This document shows positions 1 to 11,837 of a DNA stretch of 64,000 nucleotides, piece after piece; position 1 is the first letter of the stretch, and the number at the start of each line of letters is the position of its first letter. Origin of the DNA: Octopus vulgaris (lineage: Eukaryota); the NCBI GenBank assembly GCA_951406725.2, contig OX597822.1:35216001-35280000 (forward strand). The letters are read 5' to 3'. The notes beneath the pieces were generated by a model. That model made no database searches. It was not told the origin of the DNA and saw only the letters and a list, made by a program, of their open reading frames with translations. Made by a program: the position numbers and the translations under genes.

Positions 1-162
1 ATACAACGGGCTTCTTTCAGTTTCTGTCTACCATATCCACTGACGTGGCTTACGTCGGCCCGAGGTTATAGTAGAAGAGACTTGCACAAGTCCTCAAGCA
101 GTGGGACTGGATCCAGAACCATGTCGTTGGGAAGCAAGCTTCTTACCACACAGTCACTCCTG
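1..162 (-). mobile_element. tRNA-derived SINE family A, 5' head fragment
   Basis: Reverse complement reads CAGGAGTGACTGTGTGGTAAGAAGCTTGCTTCCC..., matching the head of the full copies at 3236-3641 and 49421-49809. Confidence 0.85.
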
Positions 163-279
163 AGGAGTAGTTAAACGAGTAGTATATCACGCTTGATAAG
201 TAGTTAAGGGAAATAGTTATTGACTCAACATACAAATCTACGGTTCTAACGAGTTTCTTATAAAGAGTACGCTCTGTAC

Positions 280-520
280 CTCCATCGTCCTTATGTATCG
301 TACGCTTGTGACGGCGCATCGATGACACTCTTATCCAACTAGATCGTGATATTGTTCATCCATTGCTTTTTTGCGCCTCTTGATCTATAACCCTATAGAC
401 TTCTTTCCCTGATAATGTTTTCCAAACCTACGCTTCTTCGAATATGGCCATAATAGATTTTCAAGGGTTGCCTTTCACTTACTTGCTGTAGCACCGATTC
501 ACTAGTATAGTGGTCCTTCT
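280..520 (-). mobile_element. RTE-clade LINE 3' ORF relic
   Basis: Minus-strand translation KIYYGHIRRSVGLENII...GYRSRGAKKQWMNNI...AYDT*GRWR matches the RTE C-terminal GH-R / G-R-RG--W / DR--WR pattern; contains stops. Confidence 0.7.
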
Positions 521-973
521 AAGAGATACTTTTTTTTACCTCTGTGATAAACTCTTTTAGATGATCGCTTTTTTCTCTATTGGCAACATACAAAATAATT
601 ACATTTGTCAAATACAAAACAGAAGGGCACAAAAAAAATTAGCGAACAAGAGAACGCAACATATAGTTTTATTCATTAGGTTTATGGTGTAAGAGGGAGT
701 AAAGAGAGTTCGTCATTTCGGACCGTTCATCTTTGACATAAAAAAAAGAGACTAAAATTTGAAGCACATACTCTTATTGATAATTTATAGCATGAAACCA
801 ATATGTATATATTCCGTATAACTGTTCGCAATATTACCCTTGTTTTATTTTATTTCTGATAGTTCTTTTTCTTGGAATATTACGATTCTGAAGTGCACCT
901 CTTGATTACCAGGTCATATATAAATTCTAAATTATAAGAAGCCATGATTATTATCGTTATAATCAAATTACGA

Positions 974-1310
974 CGAGGTCGACTTTGCCTGTCATCCTTT
1001 CGGTGTCGATAATATAAGTACCAGTCACGTACTGGGGTCGATTTAATCGACTATCCCTTCCCCAAAATTTCAGGTCTTGCGCTCATAGTTGAAAAGAATA
1101 TTATTATCGTTATTATAGCCATTGTTTTTAAGGCAGCGAGTTAGCAGAATCGTTAGCACACCAGGCAAAATGCTTAGTGGCATTTCGAATGCCTGTGCTT
1201 TCTGTGTTCAAAATCAGCCGAGGTCGAACTTACCTTTAACCCCTTCGGTGTTGTAGTAATCGACACTCACGTACCCCATAATTTCAAGTCTTATAACTCT
1301 AATAGAAAGA
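974..1310 (+). mobile_element. Two fragments of SINE family D (central domain resembles MetaSINE-type GTCGAC..GCCTTTCATCCTTTCGGGGTCGATAA..AAGTACC)
   Basis: Same motif at about 33435-33600, 34588-34805, 39608-39972 and 58574-58780. Superfamily assignment is from memory of the motif. Confidence 0.7.
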
Positions 1311-2452
1311 TTATTCTCAATTAGTTTGCTATGTGCATCGTCGGATTTGTATTTGTCTCTTTTATGTCTCCATAATCAAGCAGTTCGGTAAAAGAGCCAT
1401 TAGGAGAATTAACAGATTTAAATTATTCGCTGCTACCGATTTGTTCAACTAATCTCTTCAAAACGATATCCCTGCATAGTAAATAATAAACAAATACAAG
1501 AAAAGTATAATACCGTTGGGAATGCTGTAATAAGCTTTAAAATATCAGACTTCATAGTTTAAGAAAAATAAATCTATAATTCTTTGTAAATTTGAAGCTG
1601 AATGGATAAAGTCATGAAAGGGTTAAATATTTTACTCAAGGATTCCTTATTACATCGGTGACGGAATAAAAGGAGCAGTCTTTATGGTGAATACATTGAT
1701 AACTTATCAGCTTCCTACAACATGAATTAAGATAAGTGCCGGTGTTGATATCAGTCCTTTGGCAATTTCAATCCAGTTTAAGGGAAACCAGATGTAAACT
1801 TTCAAACTCACTAAAAATGCGTTTTAAGTCAGCTACAATAACGGCATTGAAACGCCATTGTCATGTCAAGGGAAGGGACCACAGTGTAAGAAATAATCTC
1901 CTAGCAATCTAAGTATATGATACGATTAATCGTGAATATGCTGCACAAGTACATAGGGAAGGCACTTCACATTGCTATCAAAATTGAATTTTGGAATTGG
2001 GGACTTACTAAAATGGAAACGCTATCACAATGCTGATTGTTGTTTAGTTCATAAACTGGGACTGTACATAAGATAAGCTTACTTGTTTCCCTATTTAGTT
2101 GGCTATAAATATCGTCTATTATGTGTGTGGTTATCAATCTTTGCGTATAAAATGCGATTTGCACGTCTGTCTGCATATATTCCTGGTTTACAGACAAAGA
2201 AAATCACTCAAACAAAAGAAAAACAGGTGTAAAACGCTTTCAACATACAACAATACCACAAATTTACGACGAATAAACATACATAGATACATTCTTATAT
2301 TTTTAGTTATACTAATAAATGATAATTGTGTGCATTTGTTAACAGGGCTTCCTCGTTCGTACGCGAGAATACGCACATATACACACATACATTCACATAC
2401 TTATACACACACAATACACACGCACATACACATATATATGTATGTGTGACTG

Positions 2453-2502
<50 letters not shown>

Positions 2503-2506
<4 letters not shown>

Positions 2507-2645
2507 GGAGTAAACGCATTAATGTGAAACAAGGTGGAAAAAAGTGTACTCAGATACCAGAGGTAGAGTAATATGCTTTATTTAAAAGCAGCAGAACGTG
2601 AAACACCGAGTAACAACTTTTGTTAAATTTCTGCTGCTTAATAAA

Positions 2646-2651
<6 letters not shown>
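2503..2651. repeat. Small asymmetric foldback between two (TA)n tracts
   Basis: ATATGCTTTATTTAAAAGCAGCAGAA (2571-2596) is inverted at 2629-2651; loop contains GAAACACCGAGTA. Confidence 0.65.
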
Positions 2652-2695
<44 letters not shown>

Positions 2696-2720
2696 GTTTA
2701 TAGATACATATATATTTTTA

Positions 2721-2763
<43 letters not shown>

Positions 2764-2764
2764 T

Positions 2765-2926
2765 TTTATCTTTTTACCTGTTTCAATCATTAGTCTGCGG
2801 CCATGCTGGTGCACCGCCTTGCATTTTTAGACGAATAAATCGATTCCAGTACTTATTTTTTAAACCTGGCACTTATCGGGTTATTTTGCCGAGCTGCTAG
2901 ATTACGGAGACATAAACACACCAACA
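2765..2926 (-). mobile_element. SINE family A 3' fragment (diverged)
   Basis: Contains GCGGCCATGCTGGTGCACCGCC tail and AAACACACCA body segment. Confidence 0.75.
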
Positions 2927-3198
2927 GTCATTTATATTTTACTTATATACCCTGGAATGTGCGCTTCGGAAGTATTATGGAAAGTATCTTTGCATAAACT
3001 ACACGTTTTGAACAAGCAAGACCGGGTTTATTCACTTAGTTAGATCATGCTATCTGCATACACTGCAAGAAAATCAGGTGTGGCGGCGAAATTCTTCACA
3101 GAGTTTCATATTCACCTGATATTGTCTGAGTGAGCAAATTGCTTCATCCTAACAAGATCCCTCAATTTAAGTACCTAATTCAACTGAATCTGAATTAC

Positions 3199-3230
<32 letters not shown>

Positions 3231-3235
3231 TTATA

Positions 3236-3641
3236 TACTCTTTACTCTTTTACTCTTTTACTTGTTTCAGTCATTTGACTGCAGCCATGCTGGAGCACCG
3301 CCTTTAGTCGAGCAGATCGACCTCGGGACTTATTCTTTGTAAGCCCAGTACTTATTCTATCAGTCTCTTTTGCCGAACCGCTAAGTGACGGGGACGTAAA
3401 CACACCAGCATCGGTTGTCAAGCAATGCTAGGGGGACAAACACAGACACACAAACACACACATATATATATACATATACGATGGGCTTCTTTCAGTTTCC
3501 GTCTACCAAATCCACTCACAAGGCATTGGTCGGCCCGGGGCTATAGTAGAAGACACTTGCCCAAGGTGCCACACAGTGGGACTGAACCCGGAACCATGTG
3601 GTTGGTAAACAAGCTCATTACCACACAGCCACTCCTGCGCC
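3236..3641 (-). mobile_element. SINE family A, full length (tRNA head, CORE-like segment, internal microsatellite, (GTAAAAGA)n tail)
   Basis: A-box-like TGGCTGTGTGGT, B-box-like GGTTCAGTCCC, GCACCTTGGGCAAGTG segment, and tail GGCGGTGCTCCAGCATGG..CAGTCAAATGACTGAAAC; more than 10 related copies in the window. Confidence 0.92.
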
Positions 3642-3773
3642 TATATATATATATATATATATATATACGTGTGTATGTGCGCGCGCATGTGTGTATGTGT
3701 ACATATATATACATACATATATGTGTATGTATGCATGTATGTATATATGTACCAACACACATGCACGCGCGTG

Positions 3774-3853
<80 letters not shown>

Positions 3854-4288
3854 ACGCCAGGTATACGTGATTTTGACGTAGATCTACATTGTTGCATGTT
3901 TCCAACATACAAATAAAACGTCCCCTGATATAAATGCTCGACGTCAACTGAAGTATTAAGACAGGGTTTTTCATCTGTGTAATGGATTTGAAACACGAAC
4001 TGTTATGACACATATTTTTCATCCGTTACTTGTTTCAGTCATTTAACTGCGGCCATGCACGTATATCATAGAACATTATGACTGTTATTTCAAGTTTCAC
4101 CGAATGACTTGTTTAGCCAGTCTTTAGGCGAGACTTGAATTCCCTGTTAGAATTAACTATTAGTGATTTTGACATTAATTCCCGTACTGAATACCCTTCG
4201 CTAACAGTAAACCCTACGCTAAGATTCTTAAATCTCCTTTAAAATGACGCTTCTCGGAACAGTAGTTCGATGTGCGTGCAGACATATA

Positions 4289-4328
<40 letters not shown>

Positions 4329-4393
4329 TGGTGTTGCAAATATTTAGTTTTCTCCCTATCACTCTCCCTCTATATTTACATACATACATGCAT

Positions 4394-4425
<32 letters not shown>

Positions 4426-4436
4426 GTGTGTGTGAC

Positions 4437-4810
4437 ATCCGCCACTTTGATGACATCTTAAATGCACTAAGTGAGGGCTCCAATGCGGATGTCATATGCC
4501 TTGATTTCAGCCAGGCCTTTGACAGAGTCTACCACAAAATACTGTTAAGGAAACTATCCAATGCTGGAGTCGGTGAAGAGCTACTTCAATGGATTAGGTA
4601 TTTCCTAACAATTAGGAACCAGCATGTGGCGCGGTTGATGTCATCTACTCAAGACCAGCAAAAGTCTTCAACGGTGTCCCACAGGGTGCTGTTCTGGGTC
4701 CTCTTCTTTTTGTTATCTATATCAATGACGTTGCAGATTCCATTGAACATAGTACCATTAAGATACTTGCAGATGATTCTAAGCTCCAGAAAGTCATTAA
4801 GGGAGCATAT
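4437..4810 (+). mobile_element. CR1/L2-group LINE reverse transcriptase fragment (frameshifted)
   Basis: DVICLDFSQAFDRVYHKILLRKL, then after a frameshift GVPQGAVLGPLLFVIYIND...LADD. Confidence 0.9.
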
Positions 4811-4924
4811 GATCGGGTGTCCAGAGCATTTCTTAAAGCTGATTTATATTTTCAGGATGAGTACAATATCATCTGCGAATCATCGGATCAGTGTTAGAAG
4901 ATAGTTGTCGACATCCGTGCCCTT

Positions 4925-5345
4925 TTTCCAGTCAGTATCTCTGGTGGCCATTTCCTCACATGCGGTGAAGATCTTTGGAGAAATGGTATCTCATTGTATA
5001 TGCTCCTTTTAGCTCGATCGCTTACGACTGACGATATATGTGCTGTATCGAGTTATATCTATGGAGTATTCGGGGTTTGCACCCCGGAATATTTTTGTGT
5101 ATTGCGCTTCGACTCCCTGCATTTCCAGTGATTTCATCAGGGCGTCAATTTGACGTTATTGTAGTTGATGAAAATGATGCACAGAAGCAGCTTCATTCAC
5201 TCACACTATAAGGTGCATTAGGGTGAGAATATGATCCTTCATACTGTAGTTCTCACTGAAACCTGCCTGCGCCCCCGGATACTGGCTGTTGAAATGTTTT
5301 GGTAGCTTGATGATTAAAACTTTCTTATCAGCTTGCAGAGTTGAG
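4925..5345 (-). mobile_element. RTE-clade LINE reverse transcriptase relic
   Basis: Minus-strand pieces AQAGFSENYSMKDHILTL, LEMQGVEAQY and Q*DTISPKIFTAC. Confidence 0.8.
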
Positions 5346-5385
5346 ACAAGAAGTGTATGGAGCGGTTTTTTTGCGCCCTTTTAAA

Positions 5386-5619
5386 GCCTAGCCAGGCGCA
5401 TGAGCCCGGTTTCCTGGTTTCAATGGCGTATGTGTTTCCCAGCTGAACGGGACGCCAATCCATCGCAGCGTTACTCAGTTTTGCCTGCTGAGTGGACTGA
5501 CTGGAGAAACGTGAAATGAAGTGTTTTGCTCAAGAACACAACGCGTCGCCCGGTCCAGGAATCGAAACCACAATCTTATGATCATGATGCTGACACCCTA
5601 ACCACTAAGCCACGCGCCT
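5386..5619 (-). mobile_element. tRNA-derived SINE, head type C
   Basis: Head GGCGCGTGGCTTAGTGGTTAGGG...GTTTCGATTCC, TGTGTTCTTGAGCAAAACACTT segment, tail TGCGATGGATTGGCGTCCCGT...GAAACCGGG shared with 40005-40312. Confidence 0.85.
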
Positions 5620-5675
5620 ATATGGAGCATTAGCTTCTTATGTTTAGGAATATAGATATATGTGTGTATATTTGT

Positions 5676-5755
<80 letters not shown>

Positions 5756-5941
5756 ATATTAGGGAATAAATCCAAACTTACAGGGAAAAATCAGATTTAG
5801 GATTGAATCCAATTTTATAGTAAAATATTATATTATATTAAATTAAAGACAAAAGCACTATTATGCAAATCAAACAAATAAAGACTTAATCCAATACATA
5901 AATTAATTTATATTATTAAGAAATTTAACAATTATTAATAT

Positions 5942-6005
5942 CCACTACGATCGTTTCATGTCTTCTTTTCATCACATCTTTGAGTAGTAGACATTCTTCA
6001 GGTGG
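5942..6005 (-). ncRNA. Type I hammerhead ribozyme (mirror copy)
   Basis: Exact reverse complement of the 6152-6215 motif. Confidence 0.85.
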
Positions 6006-6151
6006 TTTCAAATATTCTTGGCGAGTTTAAACTGTGTATACTTTTGTGTGCATCCGTGTACGCAGGTGGTTGCATCAAAGTTTATTTATGTGAACATTTC
6101 GTTCTATCATTTCACTTCACCATAGTTTAAACTTGCCAAGAATATTTGAAA

Positions 6152-6215
6152 CCACCTGAAGAATGTCTACTACTCAAAGATGTGATGAAAAGAAGACATG
6201 AAACGATCGTAGTGG
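6152..6215 (+). ncRNA. Type I hammerhead ribozyme
   Basis: CCAC-CUGAAGA-AUGUCU..AGACAU-GAAA-CGAUCG-UA-GUGG: helix I CCAC/GUGG, 6-bp helix II, palindromic helix III, GUA cleavage triplet. Confidence 0.85.
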
Positions 6216-6318
6216 ATATTAATAATTGTTAAATTTCTTAATAATATAAATTAATTTATGTATTGGATTAAGTCTTTATTTGTTTTATTTGCATAATAGT
6301 GGTTTTGTCTCTAATTTA

Positions 6319-6361
<43 letters not shown>

Positions 6362-6981
6362 GAAGGCATGGGTCTGAATAATTTGTATGCATCTCTGTAT
6401 GTGAGCATATAACATGAATGCCTGAGTAGTAAAGAAAGTGAACTTCATAAAATAATAAGAGGTTTAGTTGCATAATTCTGTCAATTATTCAATCATGTTA
6501 TTAAACCATGTAATTATATACCTCGCATTATTTTACAATTTATTTCGTTTACTATTCGCGCTCACACACACACTTACCTCTATATATACACGTATATTTG
6601 TATATGCGTTTTACATGTGTATACTTTTGTGTGCATCCGTGTACGCAGGTGGTTGCATCAAAGTTTATTTATGTGAACATTTCGTTCTATCATTTCACTT
6701 CACCAAGAAACTTATTCTTTCCGATATATCGTGACAGAAGTAGACGTAACTCCGAAAGAGGAAATGTCGAAGTAGATTTTGCACTGATTTCGTTTATGTT
6801 TCGTTTTCCTTTTTTAAAATGTTTCTAAAGTCAGTGTTTATCTCTTTGAAATTCGGGAAAACTAAGCATGTATTGCACTCTCCTGTACGTTCACACGGCT
6901 ATAAATGATATAGTTTCCTAGTTTGGGCTTCTACATAGTATGTGTGTATATATATACACAAACTACAGTAGCATCCACAAA

Positions 6982-7437
6982 CTACAAACTACAGTAGCAT
7001 CCACCCTTAGGGGTTAGCCATATTCAAATGGCAAATATACGTCACGATGTGTTGCTGCTACTGTTTATAACTCGCTCTGAGATTTATCATTGTTTGATTT
7101 CACTTTTTCAATATCAGTGTCAATCGATACTGGAAAAAGTATATGTATTTGTGAAGGGAACCTACTTCTCATCGACAACTATGATTGTCACACGCCGATG
7201 ACGGGTCAATACCCTGAAACTCGAGTCCGTTTGTATCATAAGTTTAAGACGGGAAGGATGGCTTCCCTTTGCAAATACTGATAGGGCACAGAAAGTGTGT
7301 CTATAGCCAGCTGGAGGTGTCCTCCTGGGGCTACAAACTACAGTAGCATCCACCCTTAGGGGTTAGCCATATTCAAATGGCAAATATACGTTACGATGTG
7401 TTGCTGCTACTGTTTATAACTCGCTCTGAGATTTATC

Positions 7438-7440
<3 letters not shown>
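6982..7440 (+). mobile_element. Retrozyme/pLTR-like partial tandem unit (349-bp period)
   Basis: 110-bp direct repeats at 6982-7091 and 7331-7440 (one mismatch seen) enclosing a hammerhead motif; ends in (TA)n. Confidence 0.7.
7192..7230 (+). ncRNA. Type I hammerhead ribozyme, degenerate (U4C)
   Basis: ACG-CCGAUGA-CGGGU-CAAU-ACCCU-GAAA-CUCGAG-UC-CGU. Confidence 0.7.
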
Positions 7441-7507
<67 letters not shown>

Positions 7508-7531
7508 TATATGTATATATATATATATATA

Positions 7532-7904
7532 TGGAAGCACTCCGTCGGTTCGACGACGAGGGTTCCGGTTGATCCGATCAACGGAACAGCCTGCTCGTGA
7601 AATTAACGTGCAAGTGGCTGAGCAGTCCACAGACACGTGTACCCTTAACGTACTTCTCGGGGATATTCAGCGTGACACAGAGAGTGACAAGGCCGGCCCT
7701 TTGAAATACAGGTACAACAGAAACAGGAAGTAAGAGAAAGTTGTGGTGAAAGAGTACAGCAGGGATCACCACCATCCCTGCCGGAGCCTCATGGAGCTTT
7801 AGGTGTTTTCGCTCAATAAACACTCACAACGCCCGGTCTGGGAATCGAAACCGTGATCCTACGACCGCGAGTCCGCTGCCCTAACCACTGGGCCATTGCG
7901 CCTC

Positions 7905-7905
<1 letters not shown>
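7532..7905 (-). mobile_element. tRNA-derived SINE family B, full length
   Basis: Head GGAGGCGCAATGGCCCAGTGGTTAGGGCAGCGGACTCGCGG...GTTTCGATTCCC; near-identical copy at 22417-22798. Confidence 0.92.
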
Positions 7906-7974
<69 letters not shown>

Positions 7975-7983
7975 TGTATGTGT

Positions 7984-8201
7984 GGAGGCGCAATGGCCTA
8001 GTGGTTAGGGCAGCGGACTCGCGGTCGCAGGATCGCGGTTTCGATTCCCAGACCGGGCGTTGTGAGTGTTTATTGAGCGAAAACACCTAAAAGCTCCACG
8101 AGGCTCCGGCAAGGGATGGTGGTGATCCCTGCTGTACTCTTTCACCACTCTTTCTCTCACTCTTTCTTCTGATGGTCTGGTCGGTCACGTGATCACGTGA
8201 T
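7984..8201 (+). mobile_element. SINE family B, short form with alternative tail
   Basis: Same head as 7532-7905; tail TCGGTCACGTGATCACGTGAT shared with 48202-48502. Confidence 0.88.
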
Positions 8202-9033
8202 ATATATATGTATGTATGTATTTGTCCGAGATGCCACGCAATAGGTCTGAATCCGAATCCATGTTGTTTCAAAGCAAGATTCTTAGTCACACAGTCATGC
8301 ATGCGCTTCTATATTACCATACTGTGCCAACCTTTAAGAAAGCTATCTTCTCTATACTTCTACAATTAAAACAGACACGCATCCACATGAGGTGTAAAGC
8401 AAAAAGCAGAAAGAACGAAAGACAGACGAAAAATTAAATATTTCCCCATGTTCTGAAACCTTATCCTTTTCAGGAATAAAATATGATTACTTTCCAAGTT
8501 ATATGAGACTATATTTCAGAGAGGTCACTGATTATACCTGGTATGTTTGAAGTCGCCAATGTATATTATGGGAAATGCAAACCAATGTCAAAACTAAGAC
8601 TAAGTTGCCAATATTCTTACGCATTAACGATACACAATCTATGTATCTCTGCTTACGAAGTAACCCTAAACGTTTCTGTATTTATTATATACTTCTGTTT
8701 CGAATTTATATTTAGGAATTAAAAGAATGCATGCATTTATAATAAGATCTAGCAAGATTATTAGAAACTAGTCATAATCTGCAATAAAAGTTGTACCATG
8801 AAAATAAAAGCAAAATGATCGCACTAAAAGTTTGAGAAACACGATAATATCAAACAGCCAATGAGAGGCAACTTTTTAGTAATCTTTACATAGCTCAAAC
8901 ATGAGAAACTAAATATATACATTTATAGATATATACATTTATAGATATATACGTATGCGTATATATATTACATACATATCTGTGTGTTTCTGAGTATCTG
9001 TGTGTTTGCGAGAGTGTTTGTGTGTGTGCTTGT

Positions 9034-9072
<39 letters not shown>

Positions 9073-9230
9073 AGGCCCGAAATGTAGCGGACTTCTTTTC
9101 CATTTTTCCCGAGCGATAAACTAATACACCCGCATGTTGTTCCTCTTCGTCTTTTGTTTTCTGTAAATTTGTACTAAACTATAAGTATACAGATATATAA
9201 GATATAAATACATACATATATATATATACC

Positions 9231-9634
9231 CTTTCTCTTTTACTTGTTTCAGTCATTTGACTGCGGCCATGCTAGAGCACCGCCTTTAGTCGAGCAAATC
9301 GACCCCAGGACTTATTCTTTGTAAGCCTACTACTTATTCTATTGGTCTCTATTGCCGAACCGCTAAGTTACGGAGACGTAAACACACCAGCATCGGTTGT
9401 CAAGCGATGTTGGGGGGAGAAACAGACATACAAACACATACACACACACATATATACATATTCATATATACGATGGGATTCTTTCAGTTTCCGTCTACTA
9501 AATCCACTCACAAGGCTTTGGTCGGCCCGTGATTTATGGTAGAAGACACTTGCCCAAGGCGGTATGCAGTGGGCCTGAAGCCGGAACCATGCGGTTGGTA
9601 AGCAAAATACTTAGAACACAGCCACTCCTGCACC
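9231..9634 (-). mobile_element. SINE family A, full length
   Basis: Colinear with 3236-3641. Confidence 0.9.
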
Positions 9635-10219
9635 TTTAAATGCTTTATATATATGTATGTATGTATTAATAGTAATGGTAAAACAACAAAAGAATGAATG
9701 AGACCTCGATGTTATGTAAATAGAGGAATTTATCTGTAATATACGTGGCAGTTATTCGGTTGCTATAATAAAACTCCGCGTTTCGGATGACGGGCGGAAA
9801 ACTGCTCCGGCATCTCGTCAGTTTGAGGCAATAAAAAAATGCTATGAAAATGACCGTTAAACAAAGGGAAATTACTATGTAATTGACCGTTTATAAGACA
9901 AAAGGGCTACTAAAATGACCGTTAAATAAGGGGGGAAAACCGAAGGAGAGAAAGTAAACAAGTAAAAAAGTAAAAGTGCTTATGGAATCGCGTAAGCACG
10001 CATTTACATACATACACATGCGGGCACGCACACCTACGTACATGTGTCTATATGCATAAGCTCACGCACACTCGCGTGAAACAAATACATGCACACCTAC
10101 ACACGCATATATATATGTAACCATGCATGTACATGTATACATATCCACACATACGCGCACACATTCATGGAATCTTCGGAGAGAGAAATGATTTTAAAGC
10201 CGCAACGAGGTTACGGATT

Positions 10220-10291
<72 letters not shown>

Positions 10292-10344
10292 CATATGTAT
10301 ATATATTTAACATACATATATGTGTGTGTGTGTGTGTATACATA

Positions 10345-11227
10345 CGAGGTCTGATCAATAAGTATCCGGACTGTCACCATAATAACGAAGTTAAAGAACG
10401 CATAGTAAAGCCGCTTGGCAACGTTTGACCTTGCACTCTGCTGTGCATGTGCTCTAAGCTTTAAAGTTCTAAATCACTTCCGTTGTTTACGGCAGAGCTT
10501 GAAAGAAAGGTGTGTAGCGGGTGATCGTGGCATTGACCATGACGGAGAAAGTTGTCATGGCAATACCTCCTCAGAGGCCTACGCAAAGTTTCGGAAAGTG
10601 TGTGGAGAAGAATTTATGATCCGCGCGCAAGTGTATGAGTGGTTCAGACGTTTCCAAGATAACCGAAAAAATGTCGATATTGACGAACGTTCTATGAAGC
10701 CCGCAACCAGCAGAGCTGAGAAAAACATCACAGATTTGTACAGCTTTGAGGGGAAATCGTCGAATCACCATCCGTGAATTATCAGAGGATGTGCACATTA
10801 ATTACGGTTCAGTTTAGTCTATTACCACTGAAGACTTCGGTATGAGATGCGTGTCTACCAAATTTGTGCTTTCAGCTGTCCAAAAAGATACTCGGGTTTC
10901 AGTTGCACAAGATCTCTTTGGTTGTGTTAAGAACGATGAAAAATTTTTGAAAACTTTGTGTAGGCCTCTGAGCAAGTATCGCGAAGCTTTTGGCAACATT
11001 TGATGCAGATTTTCTGCTCAACTTTCTCTGCCATGGTCAATTCGACGATCACACGCTAAACACGTTCCTTCCAAGCACTACTGTAAGCAACGACAGTGAA
11101 ATAGAACGTTAAAACTTAGTGCACATGAACAGCAGAGTGCAAGGTTAGACTGTGGCAAGCAGCTTCACTCTGCGTGCTTTATCTTCGTTACAATGGAACA
11201 GTCCGCATACTTATTAATCAGACCATG
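10345..11227 (+). mobile_element. mariner-derived element with long inverted 5' ends and transposase HTH remnant
   Basis: TA then CGAGGTCTGATCAATAAGTATCCGGACTGT TIR, inverted at the right end; ORF 10415-10777 contains QVYEWFRRFQDNRKNVDIDERSMKP (mariner HTH / GRP-like region). Confidence 0.85.
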
Positions 11228-11387
11228 CGCGCGCACATGCACACACATATATATATATATGCACCTGCATATGCAATACTATAATTATAATGAAACAATG
11301 TAATTTAGGATTCTTATGCAGCTTTAATGGCAGTAGAGTTTATTTAAACTAGAATGAATAGCAAAATCTTAAAGCTTCTAATTATCA

Positions 11388-11837
11388 TCTATACATATAA
11401 AGCTGAAGTTGTCTCTGTGTGTGTGTGGGTGTGTGTGGCAGGTTTGGTAGCCTTCAACTAACACTATCTCCTCCGAGACCCTGCGGCGCAAGTTGACCAA
11501 AATTGAGAGAGCAGATAGAAGGCTTGCTCTTCGTTCCGTAGAAGAAAAACTTCAAATCGGACCATGGTAAGACCAAAATTATTTACAACAAAAAGTGCTT
11601 TTTTTCTATGAAAATCCCTATTTTTTTACGATATTTTGACTGCTGTGTCGCCATTTTTCGGTGCATTTCAACCAGAAAAAATTTCACTTAAAGGGAATAA
11701 CAAGCTACATAAAGCAAAATATTTACTTTTCGAAAAAGATTGAAACTATGTCAAGAGTTTGTTAACGCGACATCAAAGTCTGCCGTTTTAAGCGTAACTA
11801 AAAAATAAACCCGAGCAACGCCGGGCTATACTGCTAG
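11388..11837 (+). mobile_element. Non-autonomous Helitron (450 bp)
   Basis: Begins A|TCTATACATATAA, ends with hairpin CCCG-AGCAACGC-CGGG then CTAG|T; AT target and no TSD. Confidence 0.8.

Larger units (their letters stand above)
5745..6330. mobile_element. Penelope-type pLTR foldback, about 205-bp inverted arms, flanked by (TA)n
   Basis: Arms about 5826-6032 and 6124-6328 with about 4 mismatches. Left-arm extension recurs inverted at about 18585-18660; related piece at about 25448-25520. Confidence 0.85.

Noticed and set aside
1780-2040. Possible hAT N-terminal zinc-finger relic or exon (TRCKL...ALKRH...H)
   Set aside because: Similarity is too weak to support without a search.
7984-8056. 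Possible tRNA gene (also other SINE heads)
   Set aside because: A and B boxes continue into SINE bodies with no convincing acceptor stem or terminator.
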